This document shows, in pieces, positions 27,480-37,729 of a stretch of DNA of 64,000 nt. A program made the position numbers and the translations under genes. The DNA comes from Candidatus Kaiserbacteria bacterium. GTDB taxonomy: Bacteria > Patescibacteriota > Minisyncoccia > Phycocordibacterales > UBA2100. Every line of letters begins with the position of its first letter. Within the stretch, counting starts at the first letter, position 1. A model generated the notes under the pieces. The model was not told the origin of the DNA, searched no databases, and was given only the letters and a program-made list of their open reading frames with translations. Where the stretch lies: contig JACRFI010000016.1 of NCBI GenBank assembly GCA_016217965.1, positions 129,837 through 193,836 on the forward strand, given 5' to 3'.

Positions 27480-28726
27480 TAGACAGCACTATTGCGCATA
27501 CTCGTTGCTGCGGCAAGTCTCTCTACTCCCAAAAGAAATGCTGCATCGCGAAGAGGGACGTGTGCCTTTTTACTTTTTTCGTCAACCGCTTTCGCGGCAC
27601 GCCTCATGGTTTTTTGAAGTTCCGTACTCACTTGATCCTCGGTCCACATAGATCCCTCCTGGTTTTGCATCCACTCAAAGTACGACACGGTTACACCGCC
27701 GGCATTTGCTAATACGTCTGGAATAACCGTGACTCCTCGTTCAGCCAAAATCTTATCCGCGTCGGGAGTCGTGGGGCCGTTTGCTAGCTCGAGAATAATT
27801 TTTGCTTTTATATTCGCGGCATTCTCGCGCGTAATTTGCCCATCGAGAGCCGCAGGAACAAGAACATCGCAATCCGCCTCAAGAAGTTCTGCGTTCGTTG
27901 CTTTCTGGGCATTCGGCGCCTCAAGAACTTTTTTCTCTTCTTTCGTTTTGAGGAGCTTGTCAGGTTTAAGCCCTGTCTCGGACAATAACGCGCCGGAACT
28001 ATCAGACACTCCAACTATATTGCAGCCTGCCTCATAGAGTAAGTGAGCCATTGTCGCGCCCGCATTGCCGAAACCTTGTATCGCGACGCGGAGTTGATTC
28101 ATTTCCATGCCTTGTGAATCGACAAAATATTCAAGTGCGTATACGCCGCCTTGTGCAGTTGCAGTGTCCCTTCCCACGATTCCGCCAAGCGGGACGGGTT
28201 TTCCGGTGATCATTCCTGGTTCTTTCTTTCCGGTAATCTTTTCATATTCATCGAGCATGTATCCCATGATTGTGCCGTTTGTGTACACATCAGGAGCGGG
28301 AATATCTTTGTCGGAGCCAAGGTCGTGCACAAACGCACGTACAAAGCCCCTTGCCACCCGCTCGATCTCCGCATCGCTATATTGTTTCGGGTCGAACTGC
28401 ACGCCACCCTTGCCACCTCCCATCGGAATATCCACAACAGCGCATTTGATTGCCATTGCTGCGGCGAGTGCTTTTACTTCATCCAGATCTGCGGCGGGGT
28501 GGAAGCGGATGCCTCCTTTATATGGGCCACGGGCATTATTGAACTGCACGCGGTACGCGTGCAGCGTCTCTTTTGTGCCATCGTCACGCATGAGGTCGAT
28601 GTCTTTCTCAAGGATGCGGTCAGGAGTTGCAAGCTTGCTACGCGCCTCTTTGGAAAGCTTGAGTTTTTCGGAGGCTTGGTCCAGCCTCTTCAAATACGAT
28701 TCGAATGGATTAACTGTCATCGGCAT
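27479..28726 (-). CDS. gdhA: Glu/Leu/Phe/Val dehydrogenase (glutamate dehydrogenase)
   Basis: GPYKGGIRFHP, GGGKGG, DIPAPD, QGFGNAG, ELANGP, NAGGVTVSYFEW. Confidence 0.93.
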   Translation of the reverse strand: MPMTVNPFESYLKRLDQASEKLKLSKEARSKLATPDRILEKDIDLMRDDGTKETLHAYRVQFNNARGPYKGGIRFHPAADLDEVKALAAAMAIKCAVVDIPMGGGKGGVQFDPKQYSDAEIERVARGFVRAFVHDLGSDKDIPAPDVYTNGTIMGYMLDEYEKITGKKEPGMITGKPVPLGGIVGRDTATAQGGVYALEYFVDSQGMEMNQLRVAIQGFGNAGATMAHLLYEAGCNIVGVSDSSGALLSETGLKPDKLLKTKEEKKVLEAPNAQKATNAELLEADCDVLVPAALDGQITRENAANIKAKIILELANGPTTPDADKILAERGVTVIPDVLANAGGVTVSYFEWMQNQEGSMWTEDQVSTELQKTMRRAAKAVDEKSKKAHVPLRDAAFLLGVERLAAATSMRNSAV

Positions 28727-28781
28727 ATAGTAATGCAGTTCCGAGAAAAAGGAATAAATGCTAGTATCGGCGAGAAGAAAA

Positions 28782-28853
28782 GCCGGGGTAGTTCAGTGGT
28801 AGAACGCCATCTTGGTAAGATGGAGGTCACGGGTCCGATTCCCGTCTCCGGCT
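28782..28853 (+). tRNA. tRNA-Thr (GGT)
   Basis: GCCGGGG/CTCCGGC acceptor stem; anticodon arm CCATC-TT GGT AA-GATGG. Confidence 0.92.
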
Positions 28854-28854
28854 C

Positions 28855-29172
28855 ATGAAGGCAATGAAAGTGTTCGTCTCGGTTCCTCGTACGCACGCGG
28901 ACGCTGTTCGCGACGCTATTGGCAGAGAGGGCGGCGGAAAAATAGGGAATTATTCCTTTTGCTCTTTCAGTGTCTCAGGGATAGGCAGATTCAGGCCGGA
29001 AAAAGGAGCGCATCCGTCGATAGGTTCCATTGGGAACATCGAACTGGTAGAAGAAGAGAAGATAGAATTCGTGTGCCGGCCCGAGATACTCAATGAAGTT
29101 GTCGAGGCCATTAGGAAAGCTCATCCCTATGAAGAGCCCGCGATAGATGCATTTGAAGTAGAGTTATTTTGA
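28855..29172 (+). CDS. YqfO/NIF3 PII-like domain protein
   Basis: GKIGNYSFCSF, GRFRP..GAHP.IG, AHPYEEPA. Confidence 0.85.
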   Translation: MKAMKVFVSVPRTHADAVRDAIGREGGGKIGNYSFCSFSVSGIGRFRPEKGAHPSIGSIGNIELVEEEKIEFVCRPEILNEVVEAIRKAHPYEEPAIDAFEVELF

Positions 29173-29234
29173 TTTATGCACAACATTGACAACACCTGAC
29201 CTGATCTAGGACTAATGTCTGGTATGATGTTGGC

Positions 29235-29717
29235 GTGAACCCGAAGAAGCCTAGAACACCATGTCTGGTTTGCGGAAAGGAACCTCAATACTCATATTAT
29301 AAATATTGTAGTAATGCCTGTCAGCATGTATATCAATCTCAAACAAAGGTTGAAAGGTGGAAAGCTGGAGAATTGACAGGTTTGGAGACTACTGGTGTCG
29401 TAACGGCCTATGTCAAAAACTATTTACGCAGTAAATACAAAAATAAATGTTGTATCTGTGGGTGGGCTGAGGTGAACCCAAAAACGAATCAGGTGCCGCT
29501 AATCGCTGACCATATTGATGGTAATTGGCGCAACAATATCGAAAGTAATTTACGTTTGCTTTGTCCAAATTGCGATTCGCTCTCACCCACGTATGCAGCC
29601 TTGAATAAAGGAAATGGTCGCAAGAATCGGGTGATCAGCAACAGGGTAAAAGAAGCGCGATTTCTAATGAAAGGTGCGAAGAATAAGGCAATGCGTATTC
29701 TTCCGTTTGAAGTCTGA
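29235..29717 (+). CDS. Free-standing HNH endonuclease
   Basis: CLVC/YCSNAC zinc knuckle, CCICG, DHIDGNWRNN..NLRLLCPNC. Confidence 0.88.
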   Translation: MNPKKPRTPCLVCGKEPQYSYYKYCSNACQHVYQSQTKVERWKAGELTGLETTGVVTAYVKNYLRSKYKNKCCICGWAEVNPKTNQVPLIADHIDGNWRNNIESNLRLLCPNCDSLSPTYAALNKGNGRKNRVISNRVKEARFLMKGAKNKAMRILPFEV

Positions 29718-29749
29718 AATTATTATAAATCGTGCTATATTTCCACCGC

Positions 29750-29825
29750 GCCACCTTAGCTCAGTTGGTAGAGCACGTCATTCGTAATGACGGTGTCCCG
29801 AGTTCGATTCTCGGAGGTGGCTCCA
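29750..29825 (+). tRNA. tRNA-Thr (CGT)
   Basis: GCCACCT/AGGTGGC acceptor stem; anticodon arm CGTCA-TT CGT AA-TGACG; encoded CCA. Confidence 0.93.
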
Positions 29826-29826
29826 G

Positions 29827-30723
29827 ATGCAAAAAGAACAGATAGAAAAAAAGATCGCGGACATTGAAGCGGCAATGGGAGCGCCGGATTTTTGGGCTGA
29901 TAAAGATAAAGCGCAAGCGGTTTTGAAAGAATACCAAAGCCTCAAGCAGCAGCTTCTTGGTGGCGAAGGGTATGATAAAGGGAACGCTATTGTTTCAATC
30001 GTCTCAGGAGCGGGCGGCGATGATGCGGAAGATTTCTCCCGAATGCTTTTCGAGATGTACGGAAAATATGCTGCACAAAAAGGGTGGAGAACGGGGCTCA
30101 TCGATTCCAATCAAAATTCGATGGGTGGATATCGCAGCCTTTCATTCGAGGTGTCAGGTGCGGGCGCGTACGGCACGTTAAAGAAAGAAGCGGGGGTGCA
30201 TCGCCTCGTGCGGATGTCTCCATTCAACGCTGCGGGAAAACGCCAGACATCTTTCTCGCTCGTAGAAGTCTTGCCCGTGCTTCCTGATGTGGGCGAGACG
30301 CATATTCCGGAAACCGAACTGGAGGTGACCGTCGCGCGCTCAGGGGGTCCAGGCGGGCAGAACGTGAACAAGCGTGACACGGCGGTGAGGATGACGCACA
30401 AACCAACGGGAATGTCTGTGCACGTTACGAGCGAGCGCAGCCAACAGCAAAATCGGGAGAAGGCCATTGAAATGCTCCGAGGAAAGTTGTTCAAATTGAA
30501 ACAAGAGGCGCAAGACAAAGAGTCACGAGGCCTCTCCGCGGGCGCGTCTACGAAAATCGAATGGGGAAGCCAGATCCGCTCGTATGTACTGCATCCGTAC
30601 CAATTGGTGAAAGATCATCGCACAGACCATGAGAGGAGAGACGTAGAAAAAGTATTGGGCGGAGATATCCAATCATTCATTGATGCCGAGAAGAATTTTG
30701 ACGCGCAGAATGCTGGGGTATAA
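29827..30723 (+). CDS. prfB: Peptide chain release factor 2, short form
   Basis: [11 protein letters not shown] (SPF motif), [21 protein letters not shown]. Confidence 0.92.
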   Translation: MQKEQIEKKIADIEAAMGAPDFWADKDKAQAVLKEYQSLKQQLLGGEGYDKGNAIVSIVSGAGGDDAEDFSRMLFEMYGKYAAQKGWRTGLIDSNQNSMGGYRSLSFEVSGAGAYGTLKKEAGVHRLVRMSPFNAAGKRQTSFSLVEVLPVLPDVGETHIPETELEVTVARSGGPGGQNVNKRDTAVRMTHKPTGMSVHVTSERSQQQNREKAIEMLRGKLFKLKQEAQDKESRGLSAGASTKIEWGSQIRSYVLHPYQLVKDHRTDHERRDVEKVLGGDIQSFIDAEKNFDAQNAGV

Positions 30724-30772
30724 TGATTCCCACTGACTGCGTATTCGGTTCTGGCTGCATTTTCTGATCTCA

Positions 30773-30801
30773 AAGCTAGAAGCTAGTGACTAGAAGCTAA
30801 T
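30773..30801. repeat. Heptamer repeats (AAGCTAG-like)
   Basis: AAGCTAG AAGCTAG TGACTAG AAGCTAA just before the ftsE start. Confidence 0.65.
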
Positions 30802-30805
30802 TCTC

Positions 30806-31486
30806 ATGATTCTCTACGACAAAGTATCAAAATTTTATAATGGCGATAGGGCCGCGCTCGCAGAAATAACCCTCCAAATAGAGCCGGGAGAGTTTGTTTC
30901 AATCGTGGGGCACTCGGGGGCCGGGAAAACGACGCTCCTCAAGATGCTTTTTGCTGAGATTGTGCCGACAGAAGGTGCGGTCTACTTCGGTACACGCGAT
31001 ATCGGCGGCCTATCTTCTCGCGAACTTTTGGAGCTGCGGCGTTCCATCGGCACGATTTTTCAAGATTTTCGTTTGCTTCTGACGAAAACCGTGTATGAAA
31101 ATATTGCGTTTGCAATGGAGGTAGCGGGAAAGGATGATGAAGACATCCAGGCGGATGTGCCCCATGTGCTCGACCTTGTTGGGCTCTCGGACAAGATGTG
31201 GAGCTTTCCGCATCAACTTTCAGGCGGCGAGCAGCAACGTGTTGCGATCGCGCGCGCTCTCGTCAATCAGCCGGATGTCCTAATAGCCGATGAGCCGACA
31301 GGAAATCTTGACCCAATCAATACCCATGATGTCGTCGAGATTTTAAAAAAGATAAATGATCTTGGTACGACGGTCCTCTTAACGACGCACAACAAAACAG
31401 TTGTCGATTCGATCGGCCGCCGCGTGGTCACGCTGGAGCAAGGCCGTGTTGTGAGGGACGACAAGCACGGGAAATACATTCTTTAA
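30806..31486 (+). CDS. ftsE: Cell division ABC ATPase FtsE
   Basis: GHSGAGKTT, FQDFRLL, LSGGEQQR, ADEPTGNLD; adjacent to ftsX. Confidence 0.92.
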   Translation: MILYDKVSKFYNGDRAALAEITLQIEPGEFVSIVGHSGAGKTTLLKMLFAEIVPTEGAVYFGTRDIGGLSSRELLELRRSIGTIFQDFRLLLTKTVYENIAFAMEVAGKDDEDIQADVPHVLDLVGLSDKMWSFPHQLSGGEQQRVAIARALVNQPDVLIADEPTGNLDPINTHDVVEILKKINDLGTTVLLTTHNKTVVDSIGRRVVTLEQGRVVRDDKHGKYIL

Positions 31487-31487
31487 C

Positions 31488-31564
31488 AGTCCGCAGTCAT
31501 CAGTCATGAGAAAACTTCAGCATGGTATGCTCCTAAGACTAATGACTTGTGACTAACGACTACC
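31488..31564. repeat. Heptamer-repeat inverted hairpin (CAGTCAT / ATGACT units)
   Basis: CAGTCCG CAGTCAT CAGTCAT ... GACTAAT GACTTGT GACTAAC GACTAC. Confidence 0.7.
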
Positions 31565-31568
31565 ACAT

Positions 31569-32492
31569 ATGAGTTTTTGGCTAACAACAAAACGAGTCGC
31601 GAGATACGGATTGATCGGCTTCATCCGGAATGGTTTTGTATCGCTCGCGGCGGTGATGATAATGACAATCACTCTTTTCGTTGTTGCGCTTCTTCTCATT
31701 GCCGGCTCCGCGCTCCAGTCAACACTTGCACTTCTTACTGACAAGGTAGATGTAAACGTGTATTTCCAAACCGAGGCATCTGAAGAGCAAATTCAAAATG
31801 TCCAGAGATCTCTTGAGGCGCTTCCTGAGGTTGCGGCGGTCACGTATACGAGTCGCGAACAAGCTCTAGAGGAATTTCGTGAGCGGCACAAGAACGAGCA
31901 GCTTATGACACAGGCGCTGGACCAACTTGGAGAGAACCCGCTGGGTGCTTCGCTTGCGGTCCAAGCGAAAGATACGTCGCACTACGAAACAATAGCGAAA
32001 TTCATTGAGACGCAACAAGCGCTTCCGGATGGCTCCGCCATTAGCAAAGTTAACTTCTATCAGAACAAAACGGCGATAGACCGCCTCACGAACATCATTA
32101 ATGCGTCACGCACTGCTGGTTTTGCGACTGCCATATTTCTTTTTTGCGCATCGCTTCTCATTACATTTAATACGATCCGGCTTGCCATTTACACAGCGCG
32201 CGATGAGATCGGGGTCATGAACCTCGTAGGCGCCGGCAGGTGGTACGTGCGAGGGCCTTTCATGATCGCCGGAGTATTGTATGGAATTGTCGCGAGCCTC
32301 ATTGTTCTCTTCGTTCTCTATCCAGTTGCCGCCTGGATCGGTCCTGCGTCCGAGAGATTTTTTGGCTCGTTCAATGTTTTTAACTACTACACGAGCCAAT
32401 TTCCCCTTATTTTCTTCGTTATTGTGGGGCTTGGCGTCGGGCTAGGTGCTCTTTCATCGTTTTTGGCTGTCAGGCGTTATCTGCGCATGTGA
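31569..32492 (+). CDS. ftsX: Cell division permease FtsX
   Basis: Four TM segments, ENPL, NTIRLAI..RDEIGVMNLVGA..YVRGPF. Confidence 0.92.
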   Translation: MSFWLTTKRVARYGLIGFIRNGFVSLAAVMIMTITLFVVALLLIAGSALQSTLALLTDKVDVNVYFQTEASEEQIQNVQRSLEALPEVAAVTYTSREQALEEFRERHKNEQLMTQALDQLGENPLGASLAVQAKDTSHYETIAKFIETQQALPDGSAISKVNFYQNKTAIDRLTNIINASRTAGFATAIFLFCASLLITFNTIRLAIYTARDEIGVMNLVGAGRWYVRGPFMIAGVLYGIVASLIVLFVLYPVAAWIGPASERFFGSFNVFNYYTSQFPLIFFVIVGLGVGLGALSSFLAVRRYLRM

Positions 32493-32586
32493 AAACGTTC
32501 TTTTTCTCGCTCTCCACACCCAAGAGAACGCTTTAGGTCCACGCGTGCGGTGTACACTGTACTGTGATAGATTGGAGACCGTTGAT

Positions 32587-34254
32587 ATGATCGCACGCTC
32601 GTCGAAGAAAGATGGACACAAGTACATCTTCGTTATCGGGGGTGTGATGTCAGCCGTCGGCAAAGGAATTGCGACAGCCTCCATAGGAAAAATTCTCGCT
32701 GCGCGCGGGCTCAAAGTGAATCTCGTAAAGATAGACCCGTATCTCAATGTGGACGCGGGCACGATGAACCCAATCGAACATGGGGAATGTTTCGTATTGG
32801 ATTCGGGGCTTGAGACAGACCAGGACATGGGCAACTACGAGCGTTTTCTCAATCGCGATTTGGGGCCGGAGGATTACATGACGAGTGGCATGGTGTATAA
32901 GTCTGTTATTGAAAAGGAGCGGAATCTCGAATATGGCGGCAAATGCGTAGAGGCGATACCGCACGTGCGCGACGAGATAATCCAAAGGTTGAAGCGAGCC
33001 GCGAAACTCTCGAAGTCGGATGTCTCGGTAGTGGAGATAGGCGGCACGGTAGGGGATTTTCAGAATGCGCTTTTTATTGATGCCGCGCGCGTGATCCATC
33101 TTGAGCGTCCGGACAATGTTCTCTTTGTAATGGTTTCGTATTTGCCAATTCCCGGTACCGTAGGGGAGATGAAAACGAAGCCGACGCAGAATGCGGTGCG
33201 TATGCTGAATTCATACGGCGTACAACCGGATATCATCATCGCGAGAAGCAAGATGCCTCTTGATGATAAAAGGAAAGAAAAACTCGCTATCTCTTGCAAC
33301 GTGCAAGCGGACCACATTATCTCTGCCCCTGACGTGGATTCAATTTATGATGTACCGCTTAATTTCGAACGAGACAATCTCTCTGACATACTTCTCAAGG
33401 CACTTGGAAAACGGCCGAGAGGCGAATCGGACCTCAAAGAGTGGAAGCAATTCGCGGAGCATGCGCATAATGGGAAAAAGACGGTGAACATCGGTATTGT
33501 AGGGAAATATTTTGACACGGGAGATTTTGTTCTATCCGATGCGTATCTGTCAGTCATCGAAGCCATTAAATTTTCAAGCTACGAGCTTGGTGTTAAACCG
33601 AAGATAGATTGGATAAACGCAAAAGAGATACAGAGCGGAAAAATGCCAGTTACGGAATTAGGGAAATACGATGGCATCATTGTGCCTGGAGGGTTTGGAG
33701 AAACAGGAATTGAAGGAAAAATAATGGCGGCGCAGTATGCGCGTGAGAATAAAATCCCGTATTTCGGGCTTTGCTATGGCCTCCATATGCTCGTCATTGA
33801 ATACGCACGACATATGGCGGGGATGGAGAACGCGAATACGACAGAAATAAATCCTAAAACGCCATATCCTGTTATCGCAATACTTCCCGAACAAGCAGAG
33901 AGACTGGCGAAAAAAGAATTCGGCGGGACGATGCGGCTTGGTGCGTACCCGTGTGCACTGAAAGAAAATTCAGTTGTACGCGAAGCGTATGGCAAGGGAG
34001 AGGTGTCCGAGCGCCATCGCCATCGGTATGAGATAAATCCGGAGTATATAGAGCGCCTTGAAAAGGCGGGCCTTGTATTTTCTGGTTATTCACCTGATAG
34101 GGAATACTTGAAAGAGATTGCGGAGTTGCCGAAAAAAGAGCATCCATTTTATGTGGGAACGCAGTACCACCCAGAGCTTCGCGCGAGGCCGCTTGCCCCG
34201 CATCCTTTGTTTACGGCGTTCATAAAGGCAGCTGCAAGGAAGAGTGGAAGCTAG
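32587..34254 (+). CDS. pyrG: CTP synthase
   Basis: KYIFVIGGVMSAVGKG, KIDPYLNVDAGTM, GLCYG, ERHRHRYE, QYHPE; ATG 32587 preferred. Confidence 0.97.
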   Translation: MIARSSKKDGHKYIFVIGGVMSAVGKGIATASIGKILAARGLKVNLVKIDPYLNVDAGTMNPIEHGECFVLDSGLETDQDMGNYERFLNRDLGPEDYMTSGMVYKSVIEKERNLEYGGKCVEAIPHVRDEIIQRLKRAAKLSKSDVSVVEIGGTVGDFQNALFIDAARVIHLERPDNVLFVMVSYLPIPGTVGEMKTKPTQNAVRMLNSYGVQPDIIIARSKMPLDDKRKEKLAISCNVQADHIISAPDVDSIYDVPLNFERDNLSDILLKALGKRPRGESDLKEWKQFAEHAHNGKKTVNIGIVGKYFDTGDFVLSDAYLSVIEAIKFSSYELGVKPKIDWINAKEIQSGKMPVTELGKYDGIIVPGGFGETGIEGKIMAAQYARENKIPYFGLCYGLHMLVIEYARHMAGMENANTTEINPKTPYPVIAILPEQAERLAKKEFGGTMRLGAYPCALKENSVVREAYGKGEVSERHRHRYEINPEYIERLEKAGLVFSGYSPDREYLKEIAELPKKEHPFYVGTQYHPELRARPLAPHPLFTAFIKAAARKSGS

Positions 34255-34257
34255 TAT

Positions 34258-35013
34258 ATGGCGAGAATCAGTCTCGTCTCCCTGAACATCGAGCGCAAGA
34301 AGAATCTCGAGCGGGTCATCCCGTTCCTGCGTGAGCGTAAGCCCGACGTTGTATGTCTTCAAGAAGTGTGCGGGTCGGATATCTCGGACCTTGCGTCTGC
34401 TATTGGAGCCCATGGATCGTTTTACGTACCAGTCACGAGCCAACACGAATTAACGGGAGAGATAAACGAACATGGCATATGCATTCTCTCCACATTTCCG
34501 ATGCCAAAAAAAGAGGCGAAATATTATGTGGGGAACGCATCGCACCTGCCTGTTTCCGACGAAAAAAAACCTGAAACATATACCTCAGGACAGAACCGGA
34601 TGGTTGCCCTCGCAAACGTTGAGACTCCTGATGGAACGTTTCGTATCGGGACGACTCATTTTACGTGGACGCCAAAAGGAGAGGCGAATGACCTGCAACG
34701 GCGAGACATCAAGGCACTTCTCTCTATCTTGGAAGCAGAAAAAGAATTCGTCTTGTCAGGAGATTTTAATGCGCCGCGCGGGGGAGAGATTTTTTCTGAG
34801 ATAGCGAATCGTTACAAAGATAATATCCCAGTGGAATATAAAACGAGCCTGGACTTAGTGTTGCATCGCGCCGCGAAAGAACGCCTGCACGAGATAGAAA
34901 ATAAAATGGTTGACGGGCTCTTTACGACACCAGAATATGTCGCGTCTGAAGTTTCGCTTGTGAGCGGCGTTAGCGACCACCAAGCGGTTGTTGCCGACAT
35001 ACGGAAAGCCTGA
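34258..35013 (+). CDS. Endonuclease/exonuclease/phosphatase family protein
   Basis: SLNI, DVVCLQEV, TTHF, GDFNA, SDH motifs. Confidence 0.88.
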   Translation: MARISLVSLNIERKKNLERVIPFLRERKPDVVCLQEVCGSDISDLASAIGAHGSFYVPVTSQHELTGEINEHGICILSTFPMPKKEAKYYVGNASHLPVSDEKKPETYTSGQNRMVALANVETPDGTFRIGTTHFTWTPKGEANDLQRRDIKALLSILEAEKEFVLSGDFNAPRGGEIFSEIANRYKDNIPVEYKTSLDLVLHRAAKERLHEIENKMVDGLFTTPEYVASEVSLVSGVSDHQAVVADIRKA

Positions 35014-35047
35014 TGTACAAATCTTCTCTTGTGTGGTACAGTCTGGC

Positions 35048-36172
35048 ATGGGAGTATCAAAAAATTTCAATACACGCTCCTCGGCTCGGAAACGTGAAAG
35101 CGAGCTTTCCCGTTTCCCTCGCTCTACGTCGCCTGTAAAGCTTTACGTAAAAGGCTTCACATTTGACGACGTTCTCATCCGTCCGGCCGCTAGCCGCATG
35201 GAACCGTCAGAGGCGTCACTAAAAACAATGGTTGCGGGCATCGAACTGAAATTGCCGTTCCTCTCTGCTGCAATGGACCGTGTTACGGAAGCGCCTATGG
35301 CTATCGCACTCGGAAAGCTTGGGGGCTTAGGAGTATTGCATCGCAACTGCACGGTTGAGAGCCAAGTCGCGATGGTAAAAGAAGTGAAGAAGGCAGGAGT
35401 AAAAGTCGCAGCAGCATGCGGGCCGTTCGCAGTCGACCGAGCAAAAGCGCTTGATGCGGCAGGTTGTGACGCGATCGTTATCGATTGCGCGCACGGGCAC
35501 AATTTAAATGTTCTTGATAGCGCACGAAACATAAAGAAAGGTTTCAAACACGCGAAGCTTATATTCGGCAACATCGCCACCGCGGAAGCGGCGAAAGAGG
35601 CATGCAAATTTGCAGATGCGGTGAAGGTAGGCGTTGGCCCCGGCTCTATCTGTACTACGCGCATCATTTCAGGTGTTGGTGTGCCGCAGCTCTCCGCCAT
35701 TATTGATGTCGCATCGGTCGCGCTCAAAAAAAAGGTGCCCGTCATCGCGGACGGGGGCATTCGGACATCGGGGGACATAGCAAAAGCGTTGGCTGCAGGG
35801 GCGACAGCAGTCATGTGTGGAAATATGTTCGCGGGCACGGATGAAGCGCCGGGGAACATAGTAGAGAAACATGGCGAGCAATTTAAAGAGTATCGGGGAA
35901 TGGGTTCGAAAGCGGTTATAACGGGTGCTTCCGGCGCGGAGAGGTACTTCACACACGGCCGCAAAGCCGTTCCTGAAGGCGTTGAAGCATTCGTGCCGTA
36001 CAAAGGTCCAGTATCAGAGATCATTGCGGACATCGCCTCTGGCTTACAGGTTGGCATGGGATATGTAGGCGCGAAAACAATTCTTGAATTCCACAAGAAA
36101 GCGCAGTTCATCCGCATCACGCACGCATCAATCGCGGAGGGAAAGCCTCACTCGCTTTCCCACATCCATTAG
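35048..36172 (+). CDS. guaB: IMP dehydrogenase lacking the CBS subdomain
   Basis: TFDDVL, SAAMDRVT, GPGSICTTR, ADGGI, YRGMGS, RY dyad (ERYF), PEG; ATG 35048 preferred. Confidence 0.88.
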   Translation: MGVSKNFNTRSSARKRESELSRFPRSTSPVKLYVKGFTFDDVLIRPAASRMEPSEASLKTMVAGIELKLPFLSAAMDRVTEAPMAIALGKLGGLGVLHRNCTVESQVAMVKEVKKAGVKVAAACGPFAVDRAKALDAAGCDAIVIDCAHGHNLNVLDSARNIKKGFKHAKLIFGNIATAEAAKEACKFADAVKVGVGPGSICTTRIISGVGVPQLSAIIDVASVALKKKVPVIADGGIRTSGDIAKALAAGATAVMCGNMFAGTDEAPGNIVEKHGEQFKEYRGMGSKAVITGASGAERYFTHGRKAVPEGVEAFVPYKGPVSEIIADIASGLQVGMGYVGAKTILEFHKKAQFIRITHASIAEGKPHSLSHIH

Positions 36173-36206
36173 ATTCGAATTTCCGCGCTAATGCTACTAT
36201 TTTGAT

Positions 36207-36716
36207 ATGTGGGCGTCATTTTGGGCGTGGTATGAGCGCACGTATACGCTCAACGTCTCAATAGCGCTCTGTCTTTTTCTTCTCCAAATAGCACATCTTA
36301 TCTGGCTTTTCGGTGCCGTCGTTTGGGCTAAAGTATTTGGTGCGCCACTTTTCACATTCAACGATTTCTGGCAATTCGCCATCATTCTCGTCGATTACAC
36401 GGAGGTCCCGGCGCTTATATCTGTTTCGTTCATTTACATAAACGAGTTACGAGGAAAGTGGCACATCAAGAATGCGCTGTATTTAGCTTTTCTCAACATT
36501 CAGTGGCTGCACCTCTTTTGGATCACTGATGAATTTGTCGTGGCATCGTTCACTGGTTCTGCACCCGTTGCACTTCCATTGTGGCTCGCGTGGGTAGCTA
36601 TCTCGATAGATTATCTCGAACTCCCAGTGATGTTCGATGTGTTGATGAAGTTTATTACAGCCATCAAGGAAAAGCGCCTTGGTGATTTTCTGAGGCATCA
36701 GTTGCGGGAAAGCTAG
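36207..36716 (+). CDS. Hypothetical membrane protein
   Basis: Four hydrophobic segments with internal duplication (HLIWL/HLFWI, DYTEVP/DYLELP). Confidence 0.7.
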   Translation: MWASFWAWYERTYTLNVSIALCLFLLQIAHLIWLFGAVVWAKVFGAPLFTFNDFWQFAIILVDYTEVPALISVSFIYINELRGKWHIKNALYLAFLNIQWLHLFWITDEFVVASFTGSAPVALPLWLAWVAISIDYLELPVMFDVLMKFITAIKEKRLGDFLRHQLRES

Positions 36717-36737
36717 GAGTGCGGGAGAGTGTAGACA

Positions 36738-37667
36738 ATGGGTTTGCTTTTTGTCTTTTTGATCTCGATAGCCAGCTTGCTTCCGATTTCAGTGGAAGCG
36801 CCTTATGTATACTTTGCGCCGATCACTCCATTGCAACAAAGAAAAGAGGCAAACATTCTTTTTGCAGGGGACATGATGTTCGACCGCTCAATCCGCATTG
36901 CTACAGAAAAAGAAGGTGATGGCTTCGTTCTCTCGTGCGTCAAAGATGTGCTGAGGCAGGCAGATCTAGTGGTAGCGAATCTCGAAGGTCCTATTACGTC
37001 GCATCCATCAATGAGCGCGACGAGTGTTTTGGGCACGCCGGAAAACATCACATTCACGTTTCCGACAACAACAGCCGAGCTTCTCGCGCGGCACAACATG
37101 GGGTTGGTTAACATCGGCAATAACCACATCATGAACTTCGGTAGCGAAGGGTTAGCACAAACGAAGGAGTGGCTCTCTAAAGCCGGTGTCAACTTCTTTG
37201 GCGATCCGGAAACCGATAATGTCGCAAAGGTTACGGTCGGTGGCATACCATTTTCATTCGTGAGTTGGAGCGACTGGACTGGTGGCACGCAGGAAAAGAT
37301 ATTGGATAAGATTCGTGCAGAGGCAGCACAGGGACAAATCGTGGTTGTATACACGCATTGGGGTGAAGAATATGTCGAACCGCCGGCGAGTGTGAGAGAG
37401 CTCGCGCATGCGTTTGTTGAGGCAGGTGCGGAGATAATAATCGGCTCACACCCGCATGTCATCCAGGAGAGTGAACTGTACAATGGTAAACAAATATACT
37501 ACTCGCTCGGAAATTTCGTGTTCGATCAATACTGGGATGAGGAAGTGCGCACAGGACTCCTCCTACAAATTGCCTTCAACGAAGGTGGCGTCGAATCCAT
37601 CGACGAGATTAAGACCCGTCTCGAACGTGACCGCAGGACGTGCTTGAAAGAGCAAGAGATTGAATAA
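36738..37667 (+). CDS. CapA family (PGA_cap) metallophosphoesterase-like protein
   Basis: GDMM, NLEG, NNHIMNFG, HWGEE, GSHPHV, YSLGNF. Confidence 0.9.
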   Translation: MGLLFVFLISIASLLPISVEAPYVYFAPITPLQQRKEANILFAGDMMFDRSIRIATEKEGDGFVLSCVKDVLRQADLVVANLEGPITSHPSMSATSVLGTPENITFTFPTTTAELLARHNMGLVNIGNNHIMNFGSEGLAQTKEWLSKAGVNFFGDPETDNVAKVTVGGIPFSFVSWSDWTGGTQEKILDKIRAEAAQGQIVVVYTHWGEEYVEPPASVRELAHAFVEAGAEIIIGSHPHVIQESELYNGKQIYYSLGNFVFDQYWDEEVRTGLLLQIAFNEGGVESIDEIKTRLERDRRTCLKEQEIE

Positions 37668-37729
37668 GATATCCACAACATTACGCCTTATGGTAGGTAC
37701 TACATATCTGGAAAGATTATAATTAATCG

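Noticed and set aside
27729-36120. Long antisense ORFs opposite gdhA (28107-28858) and guaB (35143-36120)
   Set aside because: Shadow frames of well-conserved genes, with no independent motifs.
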